Shown here: piece after piece, positions 45,398-54,115 of the stretch
Layout: the number at the start of each line of letters is the position of its first letter
How positions within the stretch are numbered: position 1 is the first letter of the stretch
Origin: Labilithrix sp.
GTDB lineage: Bacteria > Myxococcota_A > Polyangia > Polyangiales > Polyangiaceae
Length of the DNA: 64,000 nucleotides
Reading direction: 5' to 3'
Assembly (NCBI GenBank): GCA_026128965.1
Contig: JAHCIY010000002.1
Location: 1,744,468-1,808,467, forward strand
Made by a program: the position numbers and the translations under genes
Notes under the pieces: generated by a model
The model's input: the letters and a program-made list of their open reading frames with translations, nothing else
Told to the model about the DNA's origin: nothing
The model's database searches: none

Positions 45398-46039
45398 CTA
45401 CGCGTTCTCTGCGTCGCGGATGAGCGGGCCCACCGCGAAGATCTCCTGCAGCGTGCGGAGGAGCGAGCTGTGCGTGAACGCGGTGCCGGAGACGTGTCCG
45501 GCGCGGGCGTGCGGCGAGAACACCATCATCCCGATCGGCCACTCGCCGTCCTCGCTCTCGTCCCAGGTGACGAAGACCGCGCCGCCGTCCGCGTACGCCT
45601 TCGAGCCGAGGAGCTTCGGCATGAGGCCGCGCAGGAAGTCGTCGCCGTTCTTGACCTGATCGCCGGACTCGCAGTCGTCGTGCATGTTGTGACACCGGTC
45701 CGGCGTGACGAACACGAAGCCGGAGACGCGATCGGCGGCGAGGTCGCGCTCGAGCTCGCCGAGCGGGCGGACGTGCTCGATGCAGTTCTTCGAGGCGATG
45801 TTGTTGCCGTCGGGTGGCGATGGTTCTCGTCCGGCTCGTGGTTGTTCAAGATGCCGAGGTTCGAGCCCGACTCAATGGTTCTCCATCAAGACGACGAAGG
45901 CGGTCTTGATCGCGTGCGTCGCCATGTACTGGACGCCGCCGACGTCGTTCGGATCGCTCGCGGGGCCGCAGGCGAAGCCGAGCGCCGCAGCGGCAAGAGG
46001 GAGGCTGGCGATACAGAGTGTGGCGCGCATGCTCGGCAT
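45398..46039 (-). pseudogene. Phosphoesterase (acid phosphatase / phospholipase C, PF04185-like) remnant with large internal deletion and in-frame stop
   Basis: N-terminal signal plus IKTAFVVLMENH, then TGA (about 45872). The same frame continues into the family C-terminus (FVTPDRCHNMHDDCESGD...AVFVTWDESEDGEW...SPHARAGHVSGTAFTHSSLLRTLQEIF). About 300 aa of the middle are missing. Confidence 0.5.
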
Positions 46040-46132
46040 AGGGGAGGTGCTATCCAAGTCGCCGCAGATGGGAAGGCGGGCGTGCCGCGTTCGTGCTCGA
46101 GGTACGGCCATTGCTCGCGCCAACGAGGAGTC

Positions 46133-47626
46133 ATGATCGGCCGCCGTGACGCATTGAAGGGGATCGCCGTCGCGGCCGCGCTCGCCGCGTGCGGCACCGA
46201 GGACGAGGTCCCGCCGCCGGTCGATCCCGTCTTCGGCCACGGCGTCGCGAGCGGCGATCCGCTCTCGAACGCCGTCATCCTCTGGACGCGCATCTCGTCG
46301 ACCGCGACCGCGCCCGTCACCGGCCGCTGGCAGATCGCCGAGGACGCCACCTTCGCGCGCGTCGTCGCGAGCGGCACCTTCGAGACGAACGCGGACCGCG
46401 ACTACACGGTCAAGGTCGACGCGATCGGCCTCGCGCCGGCGACGACCTACTACTACCGCTTCCTCGTCCGCGAGCGCGCCTCGATGACGGGGCGCACGCG
46501 GACGGCGCCGATCGACGCGCGGCCGGTGCGCTTCGCGGTCGTGTCGTGCGCGAGCCTCCCGCACGGGTACTTCCACGCCTACCGCGCGCTCGCGCGGCGC
46601 CCCGACATCGACGCGGTGCTCCACCTCGGCGACTACCTCTACGAATACGCCGACGGCGCCTACGGCTCGGTCCGCCGCTCCGAGCCGCGCCACGCGCTGC
46701 AGACGCTCGCCGATTACCGCGCGCGTTATGCGCAATACCGGCGCGATCGCGACCTCCAGGAGGTGCACCGGCAGCATCCGTTCGTCTGCATTTGGGACGA
46801 TCACGAGCACATCGACAACGCGTATCGAGACGGGACGACGGGCGACAACCCCGCGCTCGGCGACTGGCCCGCGCGCCGGAGCGCGGCCGCGCGGGCGTAT
46901 TCGGAGTGGATCCCGATTCGCGATCAGCCGGACGGGCGGATATGGCGATCATTGCGCTACGGGGAGCTGGTCGACCTCGTCCTCCTCGATACCCGAATAT
47001 GGGGACGCGATATCCAATTGGGGCCGGACGATCCGGGCCTCGCCGACCCCGCGCGCCAGCTCCTCGGCGCCGATCAGGAGGTGTGGCTCGCCGCGGCGCT
47101 GCGCACGTCCCGCGCGCGGTGGAAGCTCGTCGCGCAGCAGGTGATGATGACGGCGGTGCCGTCCTGGTTCCGCGACGACGGCTGGGACGACTACCCCGCG
47201 GCGCGCTCGCGCTTCTACGACGTGCTCGAGGAGACGCCGGTCCGCGACGTCGTCGTGCTCTCCGGCGACGTGCACTCGTCGTGGGCGAGCGAGCTCTCGC
47301 GCGGCCCCGGCGCGCCGCCGCTCGCGGTGGAGCTCATCACGCCGGCGGTGACGTCGCCCGGCGCCTCGCGCCGCTCCGCGCCCGCGCTCCTCGCCGACGC
47401 GCCGTGGATCAAATACGTCGAGCTCGTGCGGCGCGGCTTCATGCTCGTCGACGTGACCGCGCGGCGCGTGCACGCCGCCTGGTTCCACGTCGACGACGTC
47501 GAGGACGAGCAGGGCGCCGCGACGAGCTTCGCCGCGGGCTACGCGACGTACGCCGGCGATCCGCGCCTCGTGAGCGAGCCGGAGGAGCCGGCGGTGCTCG
47601 TCACCGCGCCGCTCGCGCCCGCCTGA
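46133..47626 (+). CDS. phoD: Alkaline phosphatase D family (PhoD-like) with Tat signal
   Basis: Start MIGRRDALKGIAVAAALAAC (twin-arginine) with an aggag RBS. PhoD-like metallophosphatase blocks are present (LHLGDYLYEY, IWDDHE, VLSGDVHSSWA). Confidence 0.78.
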   Translation: MIGRRDALKGIAVAAALAACGTEDEVPPPVDPVFGHGVASGDPLSNAVILWTRISSTATAPVTGRWQIAEDATFARVVASGTFETNADRDYTVKVDAIGLAPATTYYYRFLVRERASMTGRTRTAPIDARPVRFAVVSCASLPHGYFHAYRALARRPDIDAVLHLGDYLYEYADGAYGSVRRSEPRHALQTLADYRARYAQYRRDRDLQEVHRQHPFVCIWDDHEHIDNAYRDGTTGDNPALGDWPARRSAAARAYSEWIPIRDQPDGRIWRSLRYGELVDLVLLDTRIWGRDIQLGPDDPGLADPARQLLGADQEVWLAAALRTSRARWKLVAQQVMMTAVPSWFRDDGWDDYPAARSRFYDVLEETPVRDVVVLSGDVHSSWASELSRGPGAPPLAVELITPAVTSPGASRRSAPALLADAPWIKYVELVRRGFMLVDVTARRVHAAWFHVDDVEDEQGAATSFAAGYATYAGDPRLVSEPEEPAVLVTAPLAPA

Positions 47627-47635
47627 GCGTGTATC

Positions 47636-48733
47636 GTGGCTCGCATGACGGAAGCGGTCCAGCGGCCTCCCGCCGAGGTCACGTACGCCGCCGAGCTCGC
47701 GCGGCTCGCGAAGAGCGACGACGCCCCCGCGCCGCCGGGCTGGAGGCTCTCCGCGCGCGCAGTGCGCACGTTCATCCTCGGCGACGAGAAGCGGCAGGTC
47801 CGCCGCAAGTTCGTCGGGCAGCCCTCGCTCGTCGACCGCGCGATGGTAGCCCTCGCGACCGGGCGCGGGCTCATGCTGGTAGGAGAGCCCGGGACCGCGA
47901 AGTCGCTCCTGAGCGAGCTGCTCGCGGCGGCGGTGAGCGGCGACTCCACGCGCACGATCCAGGGGAGCGCGGCGACGACGGAGGACCAGATCAAGTATTC
48001 GTGGAACTACGCGCTGCTCCTCGCGGAGGGCCCCACGCCGCGCGCGCTCGTGCCGGCGCCGCTCTACCGCGCGATGGAAGCGGGCGCGATCGTGCGCTTC
48101 GAGGAGGTGACGCGCTGCCCGCTCGAGGTCCAGGACTCGCTCCTCGCCGTGCTCTCGGACCGCGTGCTCGCGGTGCCGGAGCTCACCGGTCCCGACGCGA
48201 TGCTCTTCGCGAAGGACGGCTTCAACGTGATCGCGACCGCGAACACGCGTGACCTCGGCGTGAACGAGATGAGCGCCGCGCTGAAGCGACGCTTCAACTT
48301 CGAGACGGTGTTCCCGATCGCGGACCTCGCGACCGAGATCGCGCTCGTGCGCGCCGAGGCGGCGCGGCTCCTCGCGCGCTCGGGCGTCACCGCGCCGCTG
48401 CCGGAGGAGGTGCTCGAGCTCCTCGTGACGACGTTCCGCGAGCTCCGCGCGGGGGAGACGACCGACGGCCAGGCGACCGATCGCCTCTCGACCGCGATGA
48501 GCACCGCGGAGGCGGTGAGCGTCGCGCACGCGGTCGGGGTGCGCGGCCACTACCTCGCCGCCGGCGCGCCGACGCCGGGCGATCTCGTCGAGTGCCTCGT
48601 CGGCGCGGCGGTGAAGAGCAACAACGACGACCTCGCGCGCCTGCGGCGGTACTTCGAGCAGCGGGTGGGCCGCAAGAACGGCGCGCACTGGAAGGCGTTC
48701 TACGAGGCCCGTCACAAGATCCCGGGGTCGTGA
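47636..48733 (+). CDS. MoxR-like AAA+ ATPase (AAA_5, YehL-like)
   Basis: Walker A GEPGTAKS, sensor/Walker B region, ATANTRDLG...RRF. 365 aa. First gene of the five-gene cassette. Confidence 0.8.
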   Translation: MARMTEAVQRPPAEVTYAAELARLAKSDDAPAPPGWRLSARAVRTFILGDEKRQVRRKFVGQPSLVDRAMVALATGRGLMLVGEPGTAKSLLSELLAAAVSGDSTRTIQGSAATTEDQIKYSWNYALLLAEGPTPRALVPAPLYRAMEAGAIVRFEEVTRCPLEVQDSLLAVLSDRVLAVPELTGPDAMLFAKDGFNVIATANTRDLGVNEMSAALKRRFNFETVFPIADLATEIALVRAEAARLLARSGVTAPLPEEVLELLVTTFRELRAGETTDGQATDRLSTAMSTAEAVSVAHAVGVRGHYLAAGAPTPGDLVECLVGAAVKSNNDDLARLRRYFEQRVGRKNGAHWKAFYEARHKIPGS

Positions 48734-50991
48734 GCGCGCCGCTCCACGTCGTCGGCGTCCGCCATCACAGCCCGGCGTGCGCGCGGCTCGTCGCGGAGAC
48801 GATCGCGGAGGTCGATCCCGACGTCGTCCTCGTCGAAGGTCCCGCTGACTTCAACGACCGCATCGACGAGCTCCGCCTCGCGCACCGCCCGCCGATCGCG
48901 CTCTTCAGCTTCGCGCACGGGGACGGGATCCGGCACGCGAGCTGGTCGCCCTTCTGCGCGTACTCGCCGGAGTGGGTCGCGCTCCGGAGCGGCGGCGAGC
49001 GGCGCGCGACGTTCTTCATCGACCTCCCCGCTTGGAGCGACGCGTTCGCGGCGGTGGAGAACCGGTACTCCGATCGAACGGCGAAGAGCCTCGACGCGCT
49101 CGCGGCGCGGTTCGGGGTGGAGACGACGGACGCGCTGTGGGACCACCTCTTCGAGCAGCCGCTCGCGGCGGGCGCGCTGCGGGAGCGGCTCGGCGCGTAC
49201 TTCGCGGAGCTCCGCGCGAGCGACGAGCCGGCGAGCGAGAGCGATCTCGCGCGCGAGGCGTACATGGCGCGGTGGATCGCGTGGGCGCGGGCGCGGGCGG
49301 AGCGCGCGGTGATGGTGGTGTGCGGCGGCTACCACGCGCCGGCGCTGGAGCGCGTGGGGGGCGACGCGAGCGCGGAGCGGCCCGCGGCGCCGGAGCGCGC
49401 GGGGATCGCGCGCGCGGGGACGTACCTCGTGCCGTACTCCTTCCATCGCCTCGACGCGTTCGTCGGCTACGAAGCGGGGATGCCGTCGCCCGCGTTCTAC
49501 CAGCGCGTGTGGGAGCGCGGCGCGGACGCGGCCGGCGAGGACATGTTGTTCGCGGCGGTCGCGCATCTGCGAAAGCGAAAGCAGCGCGTCTCGCCCGCCG
49601 ACGCGATCGCGGCGCTCACGCTCGCGCGTGGCCTCCGTACGCTGCGCGGACGCGAGGCGCTCGCGCGCGAGGACGTGCTCGACGGGCTCGCGGCGTCGCT
49701 CGTGAAGGACGCGCTCGACGCGCCGCTGCCGTGGAGCAGGCGCGGGACGATCCAGCGAGGGACCGCGCCGCTGCTCGTCGAGATCGTCGCCGCGTTCTCC
49801 GGCGACGCGGTGGGCGAGCTCGCGAAGGGCACGCCGCATCCGCCGCTCGTCGCGGACGCGTTCGCCGAGCTCGTGCGCGTCGGCGTCGTGCTCGAGCGCG
49901 CGGGGCGCACGCTCGCGGTCGATCTCTCGGCGCCGGAGGAGCGCGAGCGGAGCCGCGTCCTCCATCGCCTTCGTGTGCTCGCGATCCCCGGCGTCGCGCT
50001 CGCGCGCAGGCGCTCCGTCCTCGTCGAGGAGTGGAGCGTCGCGCGTTCCCTCGACGCGGAGGCGGCGCTGATCGAGGCCGCGGCGTGGGGAGCGTCGCTC
50101 GAGTCGGCGGCGGCGGCGCGGCTCGAAGACCACGCCGCCGGGGCGCGCGGGATGGCGGCGCTCGTGCGCGTGCTCGAGGCCGCGGCGCGGATCGGGATCG
50201 ACGCGCTCGCGCTCCGCGTCGCGGCGGAGGTCCGCGCCGCGATCGACGTCGAGCGATCGTTCGCCGATCTCGGGGCGGGGCTCGCGGCGCTGGTCGCGCT
50301 CCACGCGCACGACGTCCTCTTCGGCGCCGAGGGCGCGCCGCTGATCGGGGCGGCGATCGCGGCGGCGTACGAGCGCGGGCTCTGGCTGTGCGAAGGCGTC
50401 GCGGGCGCGGCGGGGGAAGGGGAGATCCGCGCCGTCCTCGCGCTCCGCGACGCGCTCGCGCGGCGCGGCGCCTCGCTCGGTCTCGATCCCGCGCTCGCGG
50501 AGGCGGTGATGGCGCGACGCGCGGTGGATCCGGACGCCCCGGCGGCGCTGCGCGGCGCGGCGTTCGGGTTCGGCGCGCGGAGCGAGAGCGTCGTCGCGGC
50601 GGTCGGGAGGATGGGGCGGCCGGAGACGCTCGGCGATTTCCTCGCCGGGTTGTTCGCCCTCGCGCGCGAGGAGATGGGGCGATCGGAGGAGCTCCTCCGC
50701 GTCGTCGACGACCTCGTCGGGCGGATGGATCGCGCGGACTTCTTGCGCGCGATCCCGTCGCTGCGGATGGCGTTCGAGTGGTTCCCGCCGCGCGAGAAGG
50801 AGGCGATCGCGCGCGCGGTGCTCTCGCTCCATTCGCTTCGTTCGCCTCTCTCTCTCTCTCTCGAGACGCCGGCGCGGAGCCTCACGCGGCTCGACGTCTC
50901 TGCCGCCGTGGTCGTGCGCGGGCTCGAGGTCGACGCCGCGGTCACCGCGCTCGCGCGGCGCTATGGCCTCGGCGACGGAGCGGAGTCGTGA
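48730..50991 (+). CDS. Large hypothetical protein, YehM/DUF5682-like
   Basis: GTG start overlapping the MoxR stop (GTGA). About 750 aa, Ala/Leu/Arg-rich helical protein. The N-terminal block VVGVRHHSPACARLV...VLVEGP is reminiscent of the DUF5682 family that accompanies MoxR/VWA/SWIM genes. Confidence 0.6.
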   Translation: MSAPLHVVGVRHHSPACARLVAETIAEVDPDVVLVEGPADFNDRIDELRLAHRPPIALFSFAHGDGIRHASWSPFCAYSPEWVALRSGGERRATFFIDLPAWSDAFAAVENRYSDRTAKSLDALAARFGVETTDALWDHLFEQPLAAGALRERLGAYFAELRASDEPASESDLAREAYMARWIAWARARAERAVMVVCGGYHAPALERVGGDASAERPAAPERAGIARAGTYLVPYSFHRLDAFVGYEAGMPSPAFYQRVWERGADAAGEDMLFAAVAHLRKRKQRVSPADAIAALTLARGLRTLRGREALAREDVLDGLAASLVKDALDAPLPWSRRGTIQRGTAPLLVEIVAAFSGDAVGELAKGTPHPPLVADAFAELVRVGVVLERAGRTLAVDLSAPEERERSRVLHRLRVLAIPGVALARRRSVLVEEWSVARSLDAEAALIEAAAWGASLESAAAARLEDHAAGARGMAALVRVLEAAARIGIDALALRVAAEVRAAIDVERSFADLGAGLAALVALHAHDVLFGAEGAPLIGAAIAAAYERGLWLCEGVAGAAGEGEIRAVLALRDALARRGASLGLDPALAEAVMARRAVDPDAPAALRGAAFGFGARSESVVAAVGRMGRPETLGDFLAGLFALAREEMGRSEELLRVVDDLVGRMDRADFLRAIPSLRMAFEWFPPREKEAIARAVLSLHSLRSPLSLSLETPARSLTRLDVSAAVVVRGLEVDAAVTALARRYGLGDGAES

Positions 50992-52112
50992 GCGAGGCGC
51001 TCGTACGCTGGCGGCTCATGCTCGGCGCGGCGGCGGGCGACGGGCTCGGCGCGGGCGGCGAGCTCGGCGGCGACGACGCGGCCTGCGACGCCGCGCTCGC
51101 GTGGCTCTACGAGCGCGATCGCGATCGGGCGGAGCGGGACGTCCGGAGCCGCGCGGGCGGCGACGGGGCTTCGCAGCTCACGGTGCCGGAGTGGCTCGAC
51201 GAGGTGCACCGGCTCTTCCCGCGCGAGACGATCGAGCGGCTCGAGCGCGACGCGGTGGAGCGCTACCAGATCCACGAGATCGTCACGAACGCGGAGGTGC
51301 TCCAGCGCGTGGAGCCGAGCACGACGCTCTTGAAGGCGGTGCTCCGCACGAAGCACCTGATGAACGCGGAGCTGCTCGGGCTCGCGCGCGACCTCGCGGC
51401 GAAGGTCATCGCGCGCCTCATGGAGAAGCTCGCGCGGAAGGTGCGCTCCGCCTTCACCGGGGCGCGCGCGCGCCGGCCTTCCCGCGTCAAGCTCGCGCGC
51501 GCGTTCGACGCGAAGCGGACGATCAAGAGCAACCTCCGGCGCTGGGACCGCGCGCGGAGGCGCCTCGGCATCGACGCGCCGCTCTTCCACTCGCACACGC
51601 GGCGGAGCTGCGAGAGGTGGCAGGTGATCCTCCTCGTCGACGAGAGCGGCAGCATGCTCGGCTCGGTGATCCACGCCGCCGTCACCGCGGCGTGCCTCTG
51701 GGGGCTGCCCGGCGTGAAGACGCACCTCTGCATCTTCGACACGAAGGTCGTCGACCTGACCGAGTCGGTCACCGATCCGGTCGAGGTCCTGATGCGCGTG
51801 CAGCTCGGCGGCGGCACGGACATCGGCAAGGCGGTCGCGTACGCCGCGTCGCTCGTGGAGTCGCCGCGGCGCGCGATCGTCGCGGTCGTCAGCGACTTCT
51901 ACGAAGGTGGAGACGCGGAGGTCCTCGTCGCGCGGGTGCGGGCGCTCGCGGAGCAGGGCGTCACCGTGCTCGGTCTCGCCGCGCTCGACGAGGAGGCGCG
52001 GCCTGCCTACGACAAGGACCTCGCGCAGCGCCTCGTGAACGCGGGCGCGCACGTCGGCGCGATGACGCCGGGAGAGCTCGTCGACTTCGTCGCGAGGGCG
52101 ATCCAACCATGA
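50988..52112 (+). CDS. VWA (von Willebrand factor A) domain protein
   Basis: GTG start overlapping the upstream stop (GTGA). MIDAS motif DESGS in ILLVDESGSMLGS; VWA fold at the C-terminus. Confidence 0.68.
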   Translation: MSEALVRWRLMLGAAAGDGLGAGGELGGDDAACDAALAWLYERDRDRAERDVRSRAGGDGASQLTVPEWLDEVHRLFPRETIERLERDAVERYQIHEIVTNAEVLQRVEPSTTLLKAVLRTKHLMNAELLGLARDLAAKVIARLMEKLARKVRSAFTGARARRPSRVKLARAFDAKRTIKSNLRRWDRARRRLGIDAPLFHSHTRRSCERWQVILLVDESGSMLGSVIHAAVTAACLWGLPGVKTHLCIFDTKVVDLTESVTDPVEVLMRVQLGGGTDIGKAVAYAASLVESPRRAIVAVVSDFYEGGDAEVLVARVRALAEQGVTVLGLAALDEEARPAYDKDLAQRLVNAGAHVGAMTPGELVDFVARAIQP

Positions 52113-54106
52113 GCCGCGGCGACCTTCGCGCGCTGACGCCGGAGGCGATCGCGGCGCTCGCGAACCTCGGCCTCGTGAAGCGGGCGCAGCGCGAGATCGA
52201 GGCGGGCAAGGGTCCCGTGCTCGCCGAGAGCGGCGGGGCGGTCACCGCGACGTTCGCCGACGGCGTCGTGACGACGCTCCCGCCGGACAAGCCGTTCACT
52301 GGCGCAGAGTGCACCTGCGGCGCGAGCGCGGTCTGCCGCCACCGCGTCGCGCTCGCGCTGGCCTACGCCGCGAGCGCGCCGGCGAGCGCGCGCGCGTGGT
52401 CACCGGCGTCGTTCGACGACGCCGCGTTCTCGCCGGCCGTTCGCAAGCGCGCGGACACGCTCGCGAAGAAGGGCATCGTCATCGAGCTCGAGCCGAGCGC
52501 GGCGCGCCTCCCGACGACGACGGTCCGCTTCCTGGTCCCGGAGCGCCTCGACTACGCGCAATGCGACTGCACCGCCGCGAAGCCATGCGCGCACATGCTC
52601 CTCGCGGTGCGCGCCTTCCGCGAAGCCGCACACCTCGGCCGCGAGCCGCCATGCACCATCGACCTCGACGCGCCCCGACCAATGCCGACTTCACGAACCT
52701 CGAAACACGGCGCCACTCACGCGGACGCCGCGTCGGGAGACGCGCGGCCGCTTCCGCCCGGCGAGGCGGCGCGGCCGCTTCCGCCCGGCGAGGCGGCGTC
52801 GGGGGCGCTTCACGTCGGCGAGGCGCTTGCGTTGGTCGAGCGGGTTCTTGTCGGTGGGGTGGTGGGCGTGCCGGAGGAGGAGGCGTGGTTCGTGCGTGTG
52901 AGCGAGGCGCTCGCGCGGGAGCGGCTCGTGTGGCTGCGTGTGATCGTGGAGCGGGTCGCGGCGTTGCTCGCGGCGTACCGCGCCCGGAGCGCGCGGTATC
53001 GGACCGGCGATCTCGTCTTCCTCCTCGCGAGCCTCGCGGCGCGGTCGCGCGCGGCGGCGGAGCGAGGCGAGCTCCCGGCGCGGCGCTTGTTCGGGAGCGA
53101 CGAAGCGGAGGAGACGCCGCTCGATCGCGTGCGGCTCGTCTCGCTCGGCGCGCGCGTCGTCGCGGACGGGGAGCGCCGCGTCGCTTCGGTGTACCTCGCG
53201 GAGGCGTCGACCGGCGCGGTCTCCGCGCTCGAGCGAACGTTCGAAGCGCCGCGCGAGGGACCGGCGCTCGCGGGCCCCGCGCTCGCGAGCCGGAGCGTCG
53301 CGACGGGCGTGAAGCTCGGCGCGCTCGCGGCGGGCCAGCTCGTCACGCGCGCGGCGACGCGTCACGCGAGCCACGCGCTCACGCTGCGCGAACGACGCGG
53401 CGTGCAGTCTTCGGTCGCCCCGTCGACCGGCGATTGGGAGACGCTCCCGTCGTCGTTGCTCGTGCGTGGCCGCGACACGCTGGCGGAGCGCCTCGCTCGG
53501 CGACCGCCGCGGCTCTTGCGGCCGCCGGTGCTCGCGGAAGGCCTCGTCGTCCTCGCGGACGTGGAGGTGACCGCGGTCGCGTACCGCCCCGGCGACGAGG
53601 AGCTGATCGCGATCGCGAGCGGCATTCCGATCGTGCGCCGTCACTCGCGCGCGGCGCCCGCCGCGCTCGACGTCCTCGCGCGCGCGCTCGAAGCCGGGCC
53701 ACGCTTCATCGCGGGCGAAGCATCGTTCGGTCCGCACGGACTGATGCTCGATCCGACCGCGGTCGTCACCGATCGCGTCGTCGTACCCGATCTGGAAGAG
53801 GCGCCCGCGCTGCTCGAGCGTCTCCCACGCGCGGCGGCGGCGACGCGCACGGAGCTCGAGATCGCGGTGGAGCGCGCAGGCGCGGTGCTCGAGGAGTCGC
53901 TCCACGACGGGCTCGCGCATCTCGGACGTGGCTTCGCCGATCGGACGGAGGAGGCCGCGCGCACGGCGGCGGGTCGCGGCCTCGTCGGCCTCGAGCACCG
54001 GCTCCTCGCGCTGCGGTCCGCGCTCGCAGACCCCGCCGCCGCCGCGCGCGCATGGCTCGATCTCGCGATCCGGACGGAGCTGACGCGTGAAGCCATCACG
54101 GCATAG
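52109..54106 (+). CDS. SWIM zinc-finger protein (YehQ-like)
   Basis: ATG overlaps the VWA stop (ATGA). Two CxCx(n)CxH SWIM motifs (CTCGASAVCRH, CDCTAAKPCAHM). A long helical C-terminus. Contains a 30-bp tandem duplication (ARPLPPGEAA x2). Confidence 0.68.
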   Translation: MSRGDLRALTPEAIAALANLGLVKRAQREIEAGKGPVLAESGGAVTATFADGVVTTLPPDKPFTGAECTCGASAVCRHRVALALAYAASAPASARAWSPASFDDAAFSPAVRKRADTLAKKGIVIELEPSAARLPTTTVRFLVPERLDYAQCDCTAAKPCAHMLLAVRAFREAAHLGREPPCTIDLDAPRPMPTSRTSKHGATHADAASGDARPLPPGEAARPLPPGEAASGALHVGEALALVERVLVGGVVGVPEEEAWFVRVSEALARERLVWLRVIVERVAALLAAYRARSARYRTGDLVFLLASLAARSRAAAERGELPARRLFGSDEAEETPLDRVRLVSLGARVVADGERRVASVYLAEASTGAVSALERTFEAPREGPALAGPALASRSVATGVKLGALAAGQLVTRAATRHASHALTLRERRGVQSSVAPSTGDWETLPSSLLVRGRDTLAERLARRPPRLLRPPVLAEGLVVLADVEVTAVAYRPGDEELIAIASGIPIVRRHSRAAPAALDVLARALEAGPRFIAGEASFGPHGLMLDPTAVVTDRVVVPDLEEAPALLERLPRAAAATRTELEIAVERAGAVLEESLHDGLAHLGRGFADRTEEAARTAAGRGLVGLEHRLLALRSALADPAAAARAWLDLAIRTELTREAITA

Positions 54107-54115
54107 CCTGGGCGG

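Noticed and set aside
45840-45875. tRNA T-arm-like string gaGGTTCGAGCCCgac at the phosphoesterase deletion junction (possible att site)
   Set aside because: Flanking bases cannot form a T-stem, and there is no acceptor or anticodon structure. Judged coincidental.
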